This document shows positions 1 to 13,010 of a stretch of 64,000 nt of DNA, in pieces. Source of the DNA: the human T2T-CHM13v2.0 reference genome, Homo sapiens; assembly GCF_009914755.1 (NCBI RefSeq), contig NC_060927.1; one strand, given 5' to 3'. How positions within the stretch are numbered: position 1 is the stretch's first letter; each line of letters starts with the position of its first letter. The notes below the pieces were generated by a model, which saw nothing but the letters and a program-made list of their open reading frames with translations, searched no databases and was not told the DNA's origin. A program made the translations under genes and the position numbers.

Positions 1-214
1 ATTAATGTGTGACAATTCGGTAGAGCGCACTTCAGAGAAGTTTCCCAGTGTCTCTCAGTGGGCAGCAGGGCTCCTTTACAGGCACAGTCATGCTGCCTTC
101 CCAGGCTCTGTGCTGCAGGGTTCCAGGAGCTCTCGAGAACTGACGGCCTAGCCGGGGAGAGCTGGATGCCATCATCCACACAGCTGCCAGAATGTTCTTT
201 TAAAAACACAAATC

Positions 215-533
215 AGCTGGGCACAGTAAGTCACGCCTATAATCCCAACACTTTGGGAGGCCAAGGCAGGCAGATCACTTGAGCCCAGGAGTTTGAAACC
301 AGCCTGGCCAACATGGCGAAACCCCCTCTCTGTAAAAAATACAAAAATTAGCTGGGCAGGATGGCACACTCCTGTAGTCCCAGCTACTGGGGTGGCTCTG
401 AGGTGGAGAGATAGCTTGAGCCCAGAGGTCGAGGTTACAGTGGGCTATGATCACACCACTGCATTCCAGCCAGGAGCAAGGCCCTGCCTCAGGAAAAAAA
501 AAAAAACAAAAAAAAAAAAACAAAAAAAACAAA
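215..533 (+). mobile_element. Alu SINE (AluJ-like), full length
   Basis: Dimeric Alu body, A-rich linker near 335 and poly(A) tail 494-533. Flanks AAAAACACAAATC / AAAAAAACAAATC look like a target-site duplication (TSD). Confidence 0.93.
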
Positions 534-784
534 TCTTCCCTGCCCCTCCTTCACTGAAAAAGGAAAGCCTTCTTCACCCTTATTGCCCATGAGGTGCAGT
601 CCAAGCTTTTGAGCCTGCAGCTGGCATCCTCCACGTCCCCTCCTGGGCGTTGCCCTGTGCCTCTGCAGCAACAGTGGCATCTCCTGCCCCATGCACAGCC
701 CTGTGGCAGCCCCAGGCTCCTCGCACTGCTGCCCGTGTTCAGGAGACCTCCCTCTCATTTGGCTCATTTCTGCTCATCCTTTAA

Positions 785-1330
785 AATTCATTAAAATGGA
801 TACACCCTTTGACCCAAGAATTTGACTTATACAGTGTTCCCTACAGATACACACAAAGTTCTAGATGCCAAGATGTTCCTCTTAGCTTTGTTTATAATAG
901 TAGAAGACTAGAAACAACCTCTGTACAAGGATGGGGAGCTGCTTGAGTGATACTCAAGGGATGACACTACAGGGTATTCATTCCTACTACTAAGTGCTGG
1001 TCAGCTGGAGTGGGTGAGGTCTCTGAGGATCAATGGAAAGATGAGGTGTGGCAGATCGTGTCTGCTGCAGTCAAGTGAGTGTCAGGAACAAGTGGGGCAC
1101 ATGTGTGTGCTCACTCACACATGTGCCCATGCATGCACAGCACCTCGCCCTGACAAGGACGGGGTGCACAGAGGAGTAGGGATAGGGCTGAGTCCAGGCT
1201 GGCCAAGAGGCTCAGTATTCACCACACACCCTCCATGCTTTCCATTTTTGTTTTTTAAAACCATATGTAAGTATTTTTCAAAAACATTGTTTAGTGTAAA
1301 TAAAAAAAACTCAGCCTCAGTTCAGGTATT
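785..1330 (+). mobile_element. Ancient L1 (L1ME-like) 3' fragments
   Basis: Degenerate L1 3' motifs such as 'ccctttgacccaagaatt' and 'tttgtttataatagtagaagactagaaacaacct'. Confidence 0.55.
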
Positions 1331-3427
1331 GGCTCCCAGGAAGTCAGTCTGACCCATGGTTTCTGCCAGGCTGTCCTTTCAGGTGCCCCACAGCACCTGG
1401 GAGGACTGGCTGAGTACCCCATTGTAATTATGATGCCACCATCTCAGAGCTCCACGAGGCCAGGGAGCAAGCCACACTTGTCTCAGAACCTTCTGGCACT
1501 TGGCGGGTTCTCAGTGTGCACGTTGGTAGTGTCTAGTCCTTCTAGAAGCCCTGACCTGGTGATTGGTTGAGGAGTCCACAGAGTGCCCTGCCCTTCCCAG
1601 GAGATGGAGTCTGGGTCCACTCCAGCAGCCTTGGAAAGGCCTGGTGGATGAGCAGCTTTGTGAACACAGGAAGCCAGCTTGGTATTCCCAAGTTGTGGGC
1701 CGGAGACCTTCGAGTGCCAAGGGAGCTGCGGTTGTGAGGACATCCGTCCCTGTAGGTCTGCTTAGGCAGATTAGATGAGTGGGGTAGGCGGGTCAGGACA
1801 GGACAGGACGGGGAATTTCTCTGAGTCATTCTGAGAAACAATAGAGGAAGCTGCAGCAGGGTAATCACCGCCACTTCTTGGCCTGTGGGTACTTCCTGTG
1901 ACAAATCGAGTTGACCACATGTTCAAACTGAGCTTGCAATCAAACCCAAGCACTATCCAAATTCACCGGGGCCAGGCTGTTTCTGGCAGTATGGCATCTT
2001 GAGCACAGGCTCTGAGTGTCTACTGAAGCCCACAGCAGGCCGGGCCCATCTGGGCCAAGGATTCGCTCTCTGAGAAGGTTGGCAACAGGTGCCTGGGCCT
2101 GCAGGATGGTGACCTGACACTCAGGAGCCCTGTGGGCACAACCACAGGAAGAGGGGTTTGGCTCAAAGAGAAGGTCTGAGCCATGAGGTTGTTTTGTGGG
2201 AAAGGAAGTAGGCCAGGATGAATTGTGGGGGGCGGGGCTTAGGATGAGGTGCATTTTAGCTCTGGAAAATTCAGTGGCTGTGGTGGGCTGAGGTGGGTGC
2301 TGTGTGCCAAGATGTCTCTCCACCAACTGCAGGCTGGGTGATACCCTGTGTTGCTGTTGAGAGAAGTGACTTACCCAAAGAACACCGCCAGCATATGCCA
2401 AAGCGCAAATCAAAATGTGGGTCTGTGGTCCATGCCATCTCCTGATGAGGTCTCATGAAGGGGAACTTCAGACAGCTAAGCAGTTCCCACCCAGGCTGTG
2501 GCGGAAGGGCGTCTGCATGGAGTGGGAGGGAGGCCCAAAGTTGTTATGTCTCTGTCCCTACCGCCTCGCCCAGGACAGGCAGTGCTGGTGGATACTGGAC
2601 TGGTCGAGGCAAAGACGTAATCTCTCGTTTGAATGTGAGGGCTCTAGAGAGAACACTGGAGCCCCCTTGCTGGGCATTTTGGCAGCAGCTGGCTGTGGTG
2701 GGAGGAGAACCTGTATTTATTTCGTGCCTGTCGTATGCCGGGAGGGTTGGCATTTCCCAGCTGTCATTCCCAGTAGCTGTAGAGGGAGGCATCCATTATC
2801 TCCTTGGCTCAGAAGTGAGGAGCAGCGAGGTGACTTGCCTAAGCTCACCAGGCAGTGGAGGGTGAAAGGCCCAGAGGTGGCCCCCAGGCCTCCCTGACTC
2901 CCCCGGCCCAGCCCAGGGCAGAATGCCAGCACCTGGTGGTTCTTCCTCATCACATGAGCCAGGTGCTCTTCCCCAGGGGCTCACCTTCCACATTTACCTC
3001 CCAGTCAGCACTTCTCTGAGGCCACGATGCAGCAGGGGAGTCCTTGGGGTAAGACTAGAGGGGGGCCTGGTTTCCATCTGGACCTGCCTTCCATGCCCTA
3101 TGGCCTTAGAGGTGGGGGGTCCATCCCTGCCTCAGTTACCTTCCCTGCAGAAGGCCGAGGGGGGTCCGTGGTGCACAGGAAGTGCTTTCCCTGGGTGGCT
3201 CTGCCCCTGTGCACCTCTCACTTCGTGTCTGCCCAGCTTCAGCCAGGCTAGCTGTGTGCCTGGTGGGCGGAGAGAGCCAAGTTGAAGTCCTACAAATGTG
3301 CAAGGCAACGCAGCTCTAAAGTTCCTTCACTGCCACACAAGCGTGTTTCAGGGACTGACTGATCTGTGCCTGCAGTAGGTACCTGAGACCTGAAGCTCCC
3401 ATTTGCTCATCTGTAGAACGGGGATAA

Positions 3428-3737
<310 letters not shown>

Positions 3738-4473
3738 CCATGTGAGGCTTTGAGGAGTAGATGTGGTTGTGTCTGCAAAGGGACTGACCTTAAGCCAACT
3801 CCAGGTGACATCTGCTGTACCTTCCTCACCCGCACTGGGGAGGTCTGACCACGGGCCCTGCCCCACCTCAGGTTGTTTCATTTCTGAAACTGCTTCCTCA
3901 TGAGTCAGCCCAAGGCTGGCCTTCTCCCTGCTGCCTACATGTCCACATGTGGGCTTCACCACACTCCCACCTGGAGCACGGCAGGAGGCTGCTAGCAGAT
4001 GCGTTAATGTCAGTCTCCCCTCAGAACATGCGAAGGTGCTGGAGCTTCACAAAGAAAGGAGGATGTGGACCTGGGCCTTTGTGGCCTGGAGCAGCTTGCC
4101 TCTGAGGCACAGCAAAGTTCCATAACCTACCCAGAGCCACACGGTGGTGGCATCAGGGCTTAGACCCAGCTGTGTTTTGCTCCCAGGCCTGGGCCTTCCC
4201 TCCACAAACCTGGGTCTGTAGGTGCACATGTACCGGGTGATCTCAGGACAAATTAAGTGTGTGCCTGTGGATGCTCCCCTTAACAATCTGGACAGATGGT
4301 TGCTGTTCCGATGAGTAGGGTGGTCAGGGTAGGCAGCAGAGTGTTTCCCAGACTGGGAATCTAGACAACTGAGTTGTAGTCCTTACACTGCCCCGTTGCT
4401 CTGTGACTTTGGAGAAGTCATTTCACCTCTCCGGGAAGGAAAGTCCACCTATAAAATAGGGGTTGGGCCAGAT

Positions 4474-4692
4474 CAAGACTGAGAAATTTTTTTCTTTAAA
4501 GATAGTAAGTATTTTAAGCTTTGTAGGTCATGTAGTCTCTATCATAGCTCCTCAACTCTGCCATTGTAGCACAGAAGCAGCCACAGACAATATGTGAACT
4601 AATGAGCGTGGCTGTGTGCCAGTAAAACCCTTATTCACAAAAACAGGTGGCAGGCTGGATTTTGCCCGTGGATCGTGGTCTGCCAACCCCTG
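4474..4692 (-). mobile_element. MER58A-like hAT-Charlie DNA transposon
   Basis: Matches the reverse complement of MER58A as I recall it ('ctcaactctgccattgtagcacagaagcagccacagacaat...ctgccaacccctg'). Confidence 0.8.
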
Positions 4693-4915
4693 AGCTAGAG
4701 GATCTCATAACGCACTTGCAGCCATTGCTATTCTAGGATTCTGTAGCAGCAGCCATGCGTGGTGGAGCTGGAACCCAAGGTGTGGATTAATTACCAGTCG
4801 GCTTTGATGCCGGTCAAGAAATTAGCATCTGTCAATTTCTAATGTGGTTGCATCCCATTAGAGAGCAGAGGGAAATTTCAGTCTTTGGTAACCAATTCTG
4901 TTTTTCTCCTTGTAG

Positions 4916-4986
4916 AATGCTGAGATGTATAAACTGTCTTCAGAGCAATTCCATGAGGCAGCCTCAAAGATGGAGAGCACAATAAA
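4916..4986 (+). CDS. CHCHD6: CHCHD6/MIC25 coding exon (third from last, exon 6): NAEMYKLSSEQFHEAASKMESTI(K)
   Basis: Acceptor 'tttttctccttgtag|AAT' and donor 'ATAAA|gtaaga'. 71 nt, ending in phase 2, which joins in frame to the exon at 47598 (AA+G = Lys). The peptide matches human MIC25 as I recall it. Confidence 0.96.
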
Positions 4987-6039
4987 GTAAGAATTTGTTT
5001 ATTATTCTTTGTAAACTTGGCCCACAATTGTAAAAATTCCCACATGTGGCTTGAAACCTGCCACCACCTGCCTAATTTCAAGTTTCCCTAATAATACACA
5101 CAACCATCTGTTCCTCAGCTCTCTCACCTGGATCTGAGGTAGCCATTGGTCATCTGTAATTGGCCAAATTAGCACTCAGTTCTTATCTAGCTCCTTGGCA
5201 AATTGGAGTGGTGCTAGGGTAGACTTGCAGAGTTATTTTCGGGGCCCAGTGTCTGCTGAGCAGGGGCTCCTTTCCTTGTGTGGCTAGCTGAGGAGCTGGC
5301 CGTCAGGCCCCAGAAGGAGTTGAGGCAGGGGTTCTGCTGGCTTCTCTCCCCTCTGACTGTGGAGGGGTTTTTAGGGGAAGGTGTCCCCTCTCAGTGCTTC
5401 CTATGCCTGGTACATGCAGTGCACCCTGTGCGCAGTCATGCTCGGGGTGGCCCACACTTCATGCCCAGAGGAACTGAGGCTCAGAGAGCTGCTGGCTTGC
5501 TCAGATCATACAGTCCTAAGTGCCAGCATTCTGTCCCCTGTCTGTGGTGCTCCTATGCTGTCCATTGAGGACTCAGCTGGAACGTCACAGGAGCAGGGAG
5601 GTGCTCACAGTGTGCCCAGTACCAGTGTGGCTCTGCTCAGTCAATAGTACAGTTCCCTGGAAGGTCAGAAAGTGATTCTTGTGGGAAGGAATTGGGTCTT
5701 ATGGGTTCTCTGTGTGAAGTTGGTCTCTATGGACCTGAGAGACCTTCATAAATTAGCCAAGGGGCTACCACCAACTCCATCCACTTCCTGGGAAAGCTGC
5801 TCCCTCCCAAGAGTGAATTGGGACAATTCACCTGGCAGCCCTCAGGGCACAGAATTGTGAGCAGTGGGTCTGGCCTCATGAGAAAGAAGTGTCAGAGACA
5901 GGTTTGCATGATAGTTGTAAAAACAGCTGTGCAGAGAACTGTGAGGAGCTGGAAGGACAGTAGGGACAGACAAACAGTCAGCATAGACCCAAAGGCACAG
6001 AATAGGACAGGGAACAATGTAGGCTGGTTTTGGGGTCTC

Positions 6040-6237
6040 TTATTGAGGCAGGGTCTCACTGTGTGGGCCCAGCTGGAGTGTAGTGGCAGAATCATGGCTC
6101 AATGCAGCCTTGACCTCCTGGGCTTAGGTGATCCTCCTACCTCAGACTCCCGAGTAACTGAGACCACAGGCATGTGCCACGCCCAGCTAATTTTTGTATT
6201 TTTTGTAGAGATGGGGTTTCACCATGTTGCTCAGGCT
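6040..6237 (-). mobile_element. Partial Alu (AluJ-like)
   Basis: Reverse-complement Alu right arm and linker: 'gaggcagggtctcact...aatttttgtatttttt'. Confidence 0.88.
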
Positions 6238-6355
6238 TAGTGTAGGGGTTTTATTCTTGAACACTAAACACCTAAAGCTGATGGGGATACTACATATTGT
6301 GGCAGAGCCATTTAAGAATGGGTTTGGGAAAGAGAAAATAATTATCTTGAAATTT

Positions 6356-6675
<320 letters not shown>

Positions 6676-7871
6676 TCAAGTCCTACAGCAATACTAGGAG
6701 CCTGAGAGGAGGAGAATCTTCCAAAAGGCAGATAGAGACAAGGACAGGTGTTGAGGTAGAAGCCCAGCCCTGCTGATGCTAGGACCCCACAGGGCCTGAG
6801 TGAGTAAGCACCAAGGCTGCCTGCATCCAGGAGTTGAAGGGTGCTGCACTGCCCTGCAGGGTATGAGCCACCCCACACACAGACACCCTGCCCCCACTGG
6901 TGGTCAGCTCTCGACCTGTTTCTGAAGGGTTCCCCCCGGTATGTCCTGTTCATCTGGGGCTGAGAAATACTTGGAATCACAGAACATTGAGAAGGAGAGC
7001 TGTGGTGGCAGCCACATCAAAGAGGCTGCTGAGTGACAGCTACAGCATGGATGTGATCCCCGGAGGTGGGCCAGGCCACAGCTCCTGCCCATTCTCTTAC
7101 CCGAGCAGCTTCTTCCAAGGCCAATGGCCCCTCCCTTTCTACCTGGAGCCAGGACCCACCTGCCAAGGAGAAGATGCACTGGGGGAGAAGCCAGACAGCT
7201 TTCTGTTGGTAACCATAATGCCTGTCACCTGCCAAGTGGCCCACCATCATGAGGGCAGGGACTCCTGCCCCACCAGCCCCTTTGTGAATTTGGCTTTATT
7301 GTCATAGCCTTTCTCATCCTCATATCCCCTGAAAGCAAGGTGGGATGGATGTGAATGTGTTTTTAATCTGAGTGAAGCCTAAGGTTTTTTTGTTTGTTTA
7401 CAGCATCCCTTGATAATAATTAGCACTATTTACTAAGCAATAAGTACTCTGCAAGGCGTTTCAACTCCATTCTATATTTACTCTTGTTGGTTTCATATAC
7501 AAGTGAAGAACTGAGGCTGGAGAGGTCGAATAACTCCTTTTGTCCGTGGTCACAGCTGGTTCTGTGGCAGGGCTGGGGTTGCTCTTCCTTTGTTTGTCTT
7601 TGCATCATTGCTGTCCCTTGCAGGCCCTGCCTGGACGTAAGATGGCAGCAGGGTGGAGCTCTCAGAGCCTGCCCGGGTTTTGGACTCAGACCAGGCCTCA
7701 GACCTCAGCCCTGCCCCTTAGCAAGTCACTTCACTTCTACAGGCCTCCATTTCCTCACCTACAAAACAAACAGGACACACTCTTTAATCTTTAAGTGATA
7801 ATTAAGCAAGATTCCACATAGAAAGTAGACCTAGGATGTCAACAACTGTTGTTGATATTAGTGTGACTGTT

Positions 7872-8238
7872 TGCTATGGACTAAATGGTTTGTCTCTCCA
7901 GAACACATATGTTGAAATCTCACTCCCAATGTGACGATATTAGGAGGTGGGGCCTTTGCAAGGTGATTAGATCATGGGAGTGGAGGCCTCATGGGTGGGA
8001 TTTGTGCCCTTATGAAAGGGACTCCAGAGAGCTCCCTTTCCTTTTCTACCATGTTGAGGACACAGAGAGAAGACACCATCTATGAATCAGAAAGTGGGCC
8101 CTCACCAGACATCAGATCTGCCAGTGCCTTGATCTTAGACTTCTCAGCCTCCAGAACTGTGAGGAATAAACGTCTATTGTTTATAAGCTGCCCAGTCTCT
8201 ATAGTACTCTATTATAGCAGCCTGAATGGGCTAAGATA
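7872..8238 (+). mobile_element. MaLR solo LTR (MLT1A-like)
   Basis: Starts 'tgctatggactaaatg' and carries 'ggacacagagagaagacaccatctatgaa', 'cagcctccagaactgtgag' and AATAAA. Ends 'ctaagata'. Confidence 0.85.
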
Positions 8239-8574
8239 CTGTTAATAACGGCAGTCATTTTAGTCACTTTTTTACAGCACCTAGCTTGGTATAGAGTAGA
8301 ACAGATTTGATATATAAATTGAGCTTATAAAAACACTTTTCCTTTTCCCAAATACAGTAAACACGAAGCAGTGTACAGTTAGAAATTACTTAAACATCTA
8401 GAGAAATCTTTGAGATATTTCTTGGATTAACAGATATTGTAAATTACATCATAAATGTCATAGAAATAAATGCCAACTGCTGATAGCAGTAATATTGAGG
8501 AGTTTTCTTCTAAGACCATGGAGTATCTTTTAACAACTTTGAGTAAACTGCTTAGATGGTAAACTAGATGTCCA

Positions 8575-9040
8575 TGTATTCATTCATTCATTGAATACAC
8601 ATGTATAGAGTGCCTGCTGTTTGCCAGACACCATGCTAGGCCCTGGGGACACAGTGATGAACAAGACAGCTGCAGTCCCTGCCAGCAAGGAGCTTATAAC
8701 ATTTGGGGAATGACAAACAATGTTTTAAAATTAATTGCACAACAAGCAGTTACTCAATTAACTGATTATAGCAATGAGTGCCATGAAAGAAAGAGTCTGA
8801 ATTAGAAAGACTATGTCACATGGTGGGAAAAAGCATTTTAAAAAGCTGGATTAGTATGTGCAAAGGCCCTGAGACAAGAAGCAATTTAACTTATTGAAGG
8901 AATTGAAAAAAGGCCAGTATGGCTAGAGAGTAATGAATGAGAAGAGAGAAAAAGAGGAAGCTCCAAGAAGTGAGCATGAGCCAGACCATGCAGAACTTTG
9001 TGACATAGTAGGAATTTTAACTTGATCCTAAGGGCAGTGA
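8575..9040 (-). mobile_element. L2 LINE 3' fragment
   Basis: 'attcattcattgaa...gagtgcctgctgtttgccagacaccatgctaggccctggggacacagtgatgaacaagacag' is a typical L2 end. Confidence 0.75.
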
Positions 9041-9049
9041 AATTACCTT

Positions 9050-11270
9050 TTTCAAAGCTTTATTTATCTTCTAATGTATGCATTTAAGGCTATAATTTCT
9101 GTATAAACACAGCTTTAGCTACAAGTTTTGATATACTGTATTTTTAGTATAAATGAGTTAAAATTTTTCCAGTTTTCATTCTGATTTCTTCTTTACTCAT
9201 AGGTTATTTCAAAGTATGTTGTTTAATTTCCAAATGTTTAGGGGTTTTCTAGTTACATTTTTTATAATTGGTTTCTGTTTAATTCTTCTGTGATTAGAGA
9301 ACATACTCTAAATTCTTTGAAAATTATTGAAACTTGATTTATGGTCCAGTATATGATGTGCTTTGGTAAACTGTCCATGTGCATTTAAAGAGATTGTGTA
9401 TTCTGTCAGTAGATGTAGTGTTCTGTATTGTCAATTAGGTTAAGTTGGTTAGTCATGTTCAAATTTTCTGTATTTTTAATGATTTACAGATTTATTGTTT
9501 TTTTCTGACACTTTCCTTCTAATTTTTTTTCTACTATTTCTTTTCTTTTTTTTTTTTTTTTGAGACAAGGTCTCACTGTCACCCAGGCTGCAGTACAGTA
9601 ACATGATCACAGCTTACTGCAGCCTCAACCGCCTGGGCTCAAGAGATTCTCCCACCTCAGCCTCTTGAGTAGCTAGAACCACAGGTGTGCACCACCACAT
9701 TCGGCTAACTTTTTAAATTTTTAGTAGAGAAAGGGTTTCACTATGTTGTCCAGGCTGGTCTTGAACTCCTGGCTTATGCAATCCTCCTGCCTCAGACTCT
9801 GAAATTGCTGGGATTATAGGCAGGAGCCACTGCATCTGGCTGGCCTTCATTTTTTTTTTTTTTTTTTTTAGTGTATCTTTTCTGATAAAAGTTTTATTTT
9901 TAATTGTATGTAAATACCTTTTTCACCTTCATTTTGAAAAATATAGCAGTCATTTCTTTCAGCTCTTTGAAGATATCTTTACATTCTCGATTTTTTTTTT
10001 CCTTGAGAAGCCACCTGTTGATATTGCTGTCATTCCTTTACTTCTTTTTTCTCTGTTTTTAAGATTTTCTGTCTTTGGTTTTATTAAGCCATACCTAGTT
10101 ATTGATTTTCTTTATTTTATTCTTTTTGGATTCAGGTCTTGAAGGTTGACATGTTTTTCTCAGTTTTGGAAATCTCTTACCATTATCTCTTCAAATAACA
10201 CTCTCCCCTATTTTATCTTTCCTCTTTTCTAAGGTTATATGTATTACTGTCTCATATGTCTCTTGTTCTTTTTTCTGGTTTTCCTCATTTAAAAAAAATT
10301 TCCATGCTATAGTTGGAGTTCTCCTTATTAGTCTTTTAGTTCATTGATCCTCTTTATTGTGTCAAGTGTGCCTTAAATCTATTGCATTCAGAATTTCAGT
10401 TACTAAATGTTTTTAATTCTAAAAGTTCTATTTGCTTTGCTTTTTTTTTTTTTTTTTAAGATTCCCAGTCTTTGGTGAAATTCTACCTTTTGCTCTCTAT
10501 TTTCTTGAACATATTAGTTACAGTTATTTTAAAATCATCTGAGGGTCTACTTCTGTTGCCTTTTTTTTTCTTGGGTCCTATTTATTTATATGTCTGATAA
10601 TTCTTGATTGAGTGCCAGAAATTGTCTGGAAAGATGACAGAGGTCCTCTGTGATATGACCTTCCCCAGAGATGCCTAGGGATGTGGCTTTCCAGGGTCCC
10701 TCTTTCTTGGTGAGCTCTAAACCACATTTTTGTTTTCTCGGCTCTGCGAGACTTCTGAAAATTCCACTCTTTCAGTGGCCTCTTTTAGTTAGCTTCTTAG
10801 CTTCTTGCCTGAGTAGCTCAAGAATTTGACAAATGTTTTAAAAGAAGAAAACCACTGAGTATTGTCTCACTGCTTTGTAGCTCCCTTCTCTCTGGAATCC
10901 TGGCTCCCTAAGTCCTAGCTGCCCAGGCAGCCTCCACAGGAGCGTTGCCTCCCTATCATCCTGTGAGACTGCCGAGAATCTCCACAGCTTTTCTTGCCTT
11001 TCAGCTGAAGCTATTTGCCTGACATTCACCCTGTCTTCCTGATCCAAGAATTGGCAGAAACTTTGAGGGGGAAAGTGGGTCTAATAACAAATACTCACCT
11101 CTCCACAGTTCCCTTCCCTTCATAATCTTGGACCTCAAGTCCTAGTTGCGTTGGTCCTTAGATGCCTTCCCACAGATTTTTTTGTATTCCAACTTAATTT
11201 TTTTTTCCCTCGGGGAAGAGCATAGGCCTTTCACAAGCTGCTCCATTGTAGCTGGAACTAGAGGTCCTAA
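9050..11270 (-). mobile_element. Ancient L1M fragments, interrupted by an Alu
   Basis: T-rich antisense L1 sequence ('gcatttaaggctataatt', 'tgtttaatttccaaatg', 'ccattatctcttcaaata'). Confidence 0.65.
9547..9845 (-). mobile_element. Alu SINE (AluJ-like)
   Basis: Poly(T) plus reverse-complement dimer. Confidence 0.92.
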
Positions 11271-12848
11271 CTTAGTTTTTGAGGAATGACTAGAGTTTGC
11301 CAAGCAGTAAAGGGCCACCCAGGTAAAGGAAACAGTAAAATCCTAAAGCCAGACCCTGTTCGTTTTAGCAACATGGGGCATTGAAGGCACGGGTGACTCT
11401 CCCAACTTGTGTTAGGACACCAACCTGTACTGAGGCCTGGATCAAGCCCAGCATATGTCAAGATCTCAGAAGACTCCTGCCTCAGGGCCAACAGGGAGCT
11501 CTCCACCAAAGAGGAGTGTTGATGGCAAGGCTGACAGTCACAGACTAGGGCCTCTTGTTTTGGAAGAATCCTGTTGTTAAGACAGAAGTGAATATTCAAA
11601 ATGTGTATGTACACCCCCGCCCACCCACCTCACAGCAGCACAGAAGGCAGAATTGTTCAGATTTTCTGAAGAAGAGATGAAGACCCCAGGGAACCTCCTG
11701 CATTTATTGTGTCACATCTATTTTTTATGACAACCTTCAGCTGCTTCCCGTGGGATTCATTCAGAATCTGTCTTGGCTTCTCCTTGTCAGGAAACTTGTA
11801 CAGTCCTCCCTGGGCCCACAGAGAGCCAGCCCTCAAAGAGGTTAGAACAATTGAGTTGAAGGAAGAAGGTTATTAACTATTTCCTGAAACTGAGCCATTG
11901 TGCTCCAAGGACTTTGATCCAGAGAGGCCTGATTAATGTGGATGTGGCAGCCTTGGGACTCGCTAGAGCAGAGCTGCTGTAGTGCTTTCACCTGCACTTG
12001 GAAAACAGGACTTAGTAAACTCTGGGACAGTCTTTAGGACCCACCTGAGAGAATGAATTGTTTCTAGGAACCTGAGCTTCCCCAGTTTGTATTTATTTAG
12101 TGAGCTAATGACAGATGACCTATTAAAACAGTGGTCATTTATTTAAACCCCAAAGAAAATGGCATTCTAAACATTCTTTAATCCAGATAACATTCGTCTT
12201 AGCCTGAATTCAAAAATGTTACTACATCTCACTTCCCTAGGTAGATAACCTTTGATGACCTTTTAAAGGAAACGTTTTCTATGCAGAAATTTACTGACAT
12301 GTGTGGCTTAATCTGATGGACCTGGCTCTTTGAGAAGTTAACAAATCAAAACCAGTTTGATACATTCATTTAACTAATCAAAATTTAGTTAATTTCTTAT
12401 TTGAAAAACTTTTACTAAACATCATCACGTGCCAGCGACTGTGCTTGGCACATGTACTGTACCCTGTTTCCCATCTTCACAGGAAGCTCAGCTGGCAGAT
12501 GCCATTATTATTACCATTCTGCAGATGTGGAAATGAAGGCAAGTTCATTGACCTCTCAGACTCAGTTTCCCGGTCTGTAAAACAGGGACGATGGTGGTGC
12601 CTACTTCTGTCAGCTTCTTATGAAAACCAGATAAATGTGATAATCCACATTTGCTTACAGACACACCCCAGGGAGAGGCAGGTGGGATTTGAACCCAGGT
12701 GTGGATGAGTCTTACCTTGCTCTTTTCTGCTGTACTGAGATACGTATCTCTCAGAATGTACAGGATGGGGGCATTCAGCTGCTTGCTGCTTACCTGACTG
12801 CCTGGCTGTCCCAGTGCTGGCTGTGCCCTTCCCTGAATTTCAGCCCAC

Positions 12849-12850
<2 letters not shown>

Positions 12851-12883
<33 letters not shown>

Positions 12884-13010
12884 ACATGCTTGTTTCCTAA
12901 GCTGTGGCATCTTATGCAGGCATTGACTCCCGTGTGTATGTGTATGTGTGTGTGTGTGTGTACACGTGCTTGTTTCCTAAGCTGTGGCATCTTATGCAGG
13001 CATTTACTCC
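12851..13010. repeat. Tandem duplication, 2 x 80 bp, each unit a (TG)n tract plus 50 bp of unique sequence
   Basis: Units 12851-12930 and 12931-13010 both carry 'tacacRtgcttgtttcctaagctgtggcatcttatgcaggcattKactcc'. Confidence 0.95.

Noticed and set aside
172-592. ORFs with 'WLECSG', 'PVVPAT' or poly-K/poly-F peptides (also at 3.3-3.9, 6.2-6.5, 19.8, 24.6-25.0, 26.8 and 40.6 kb)
   Set aside because: Alu-derived translations.
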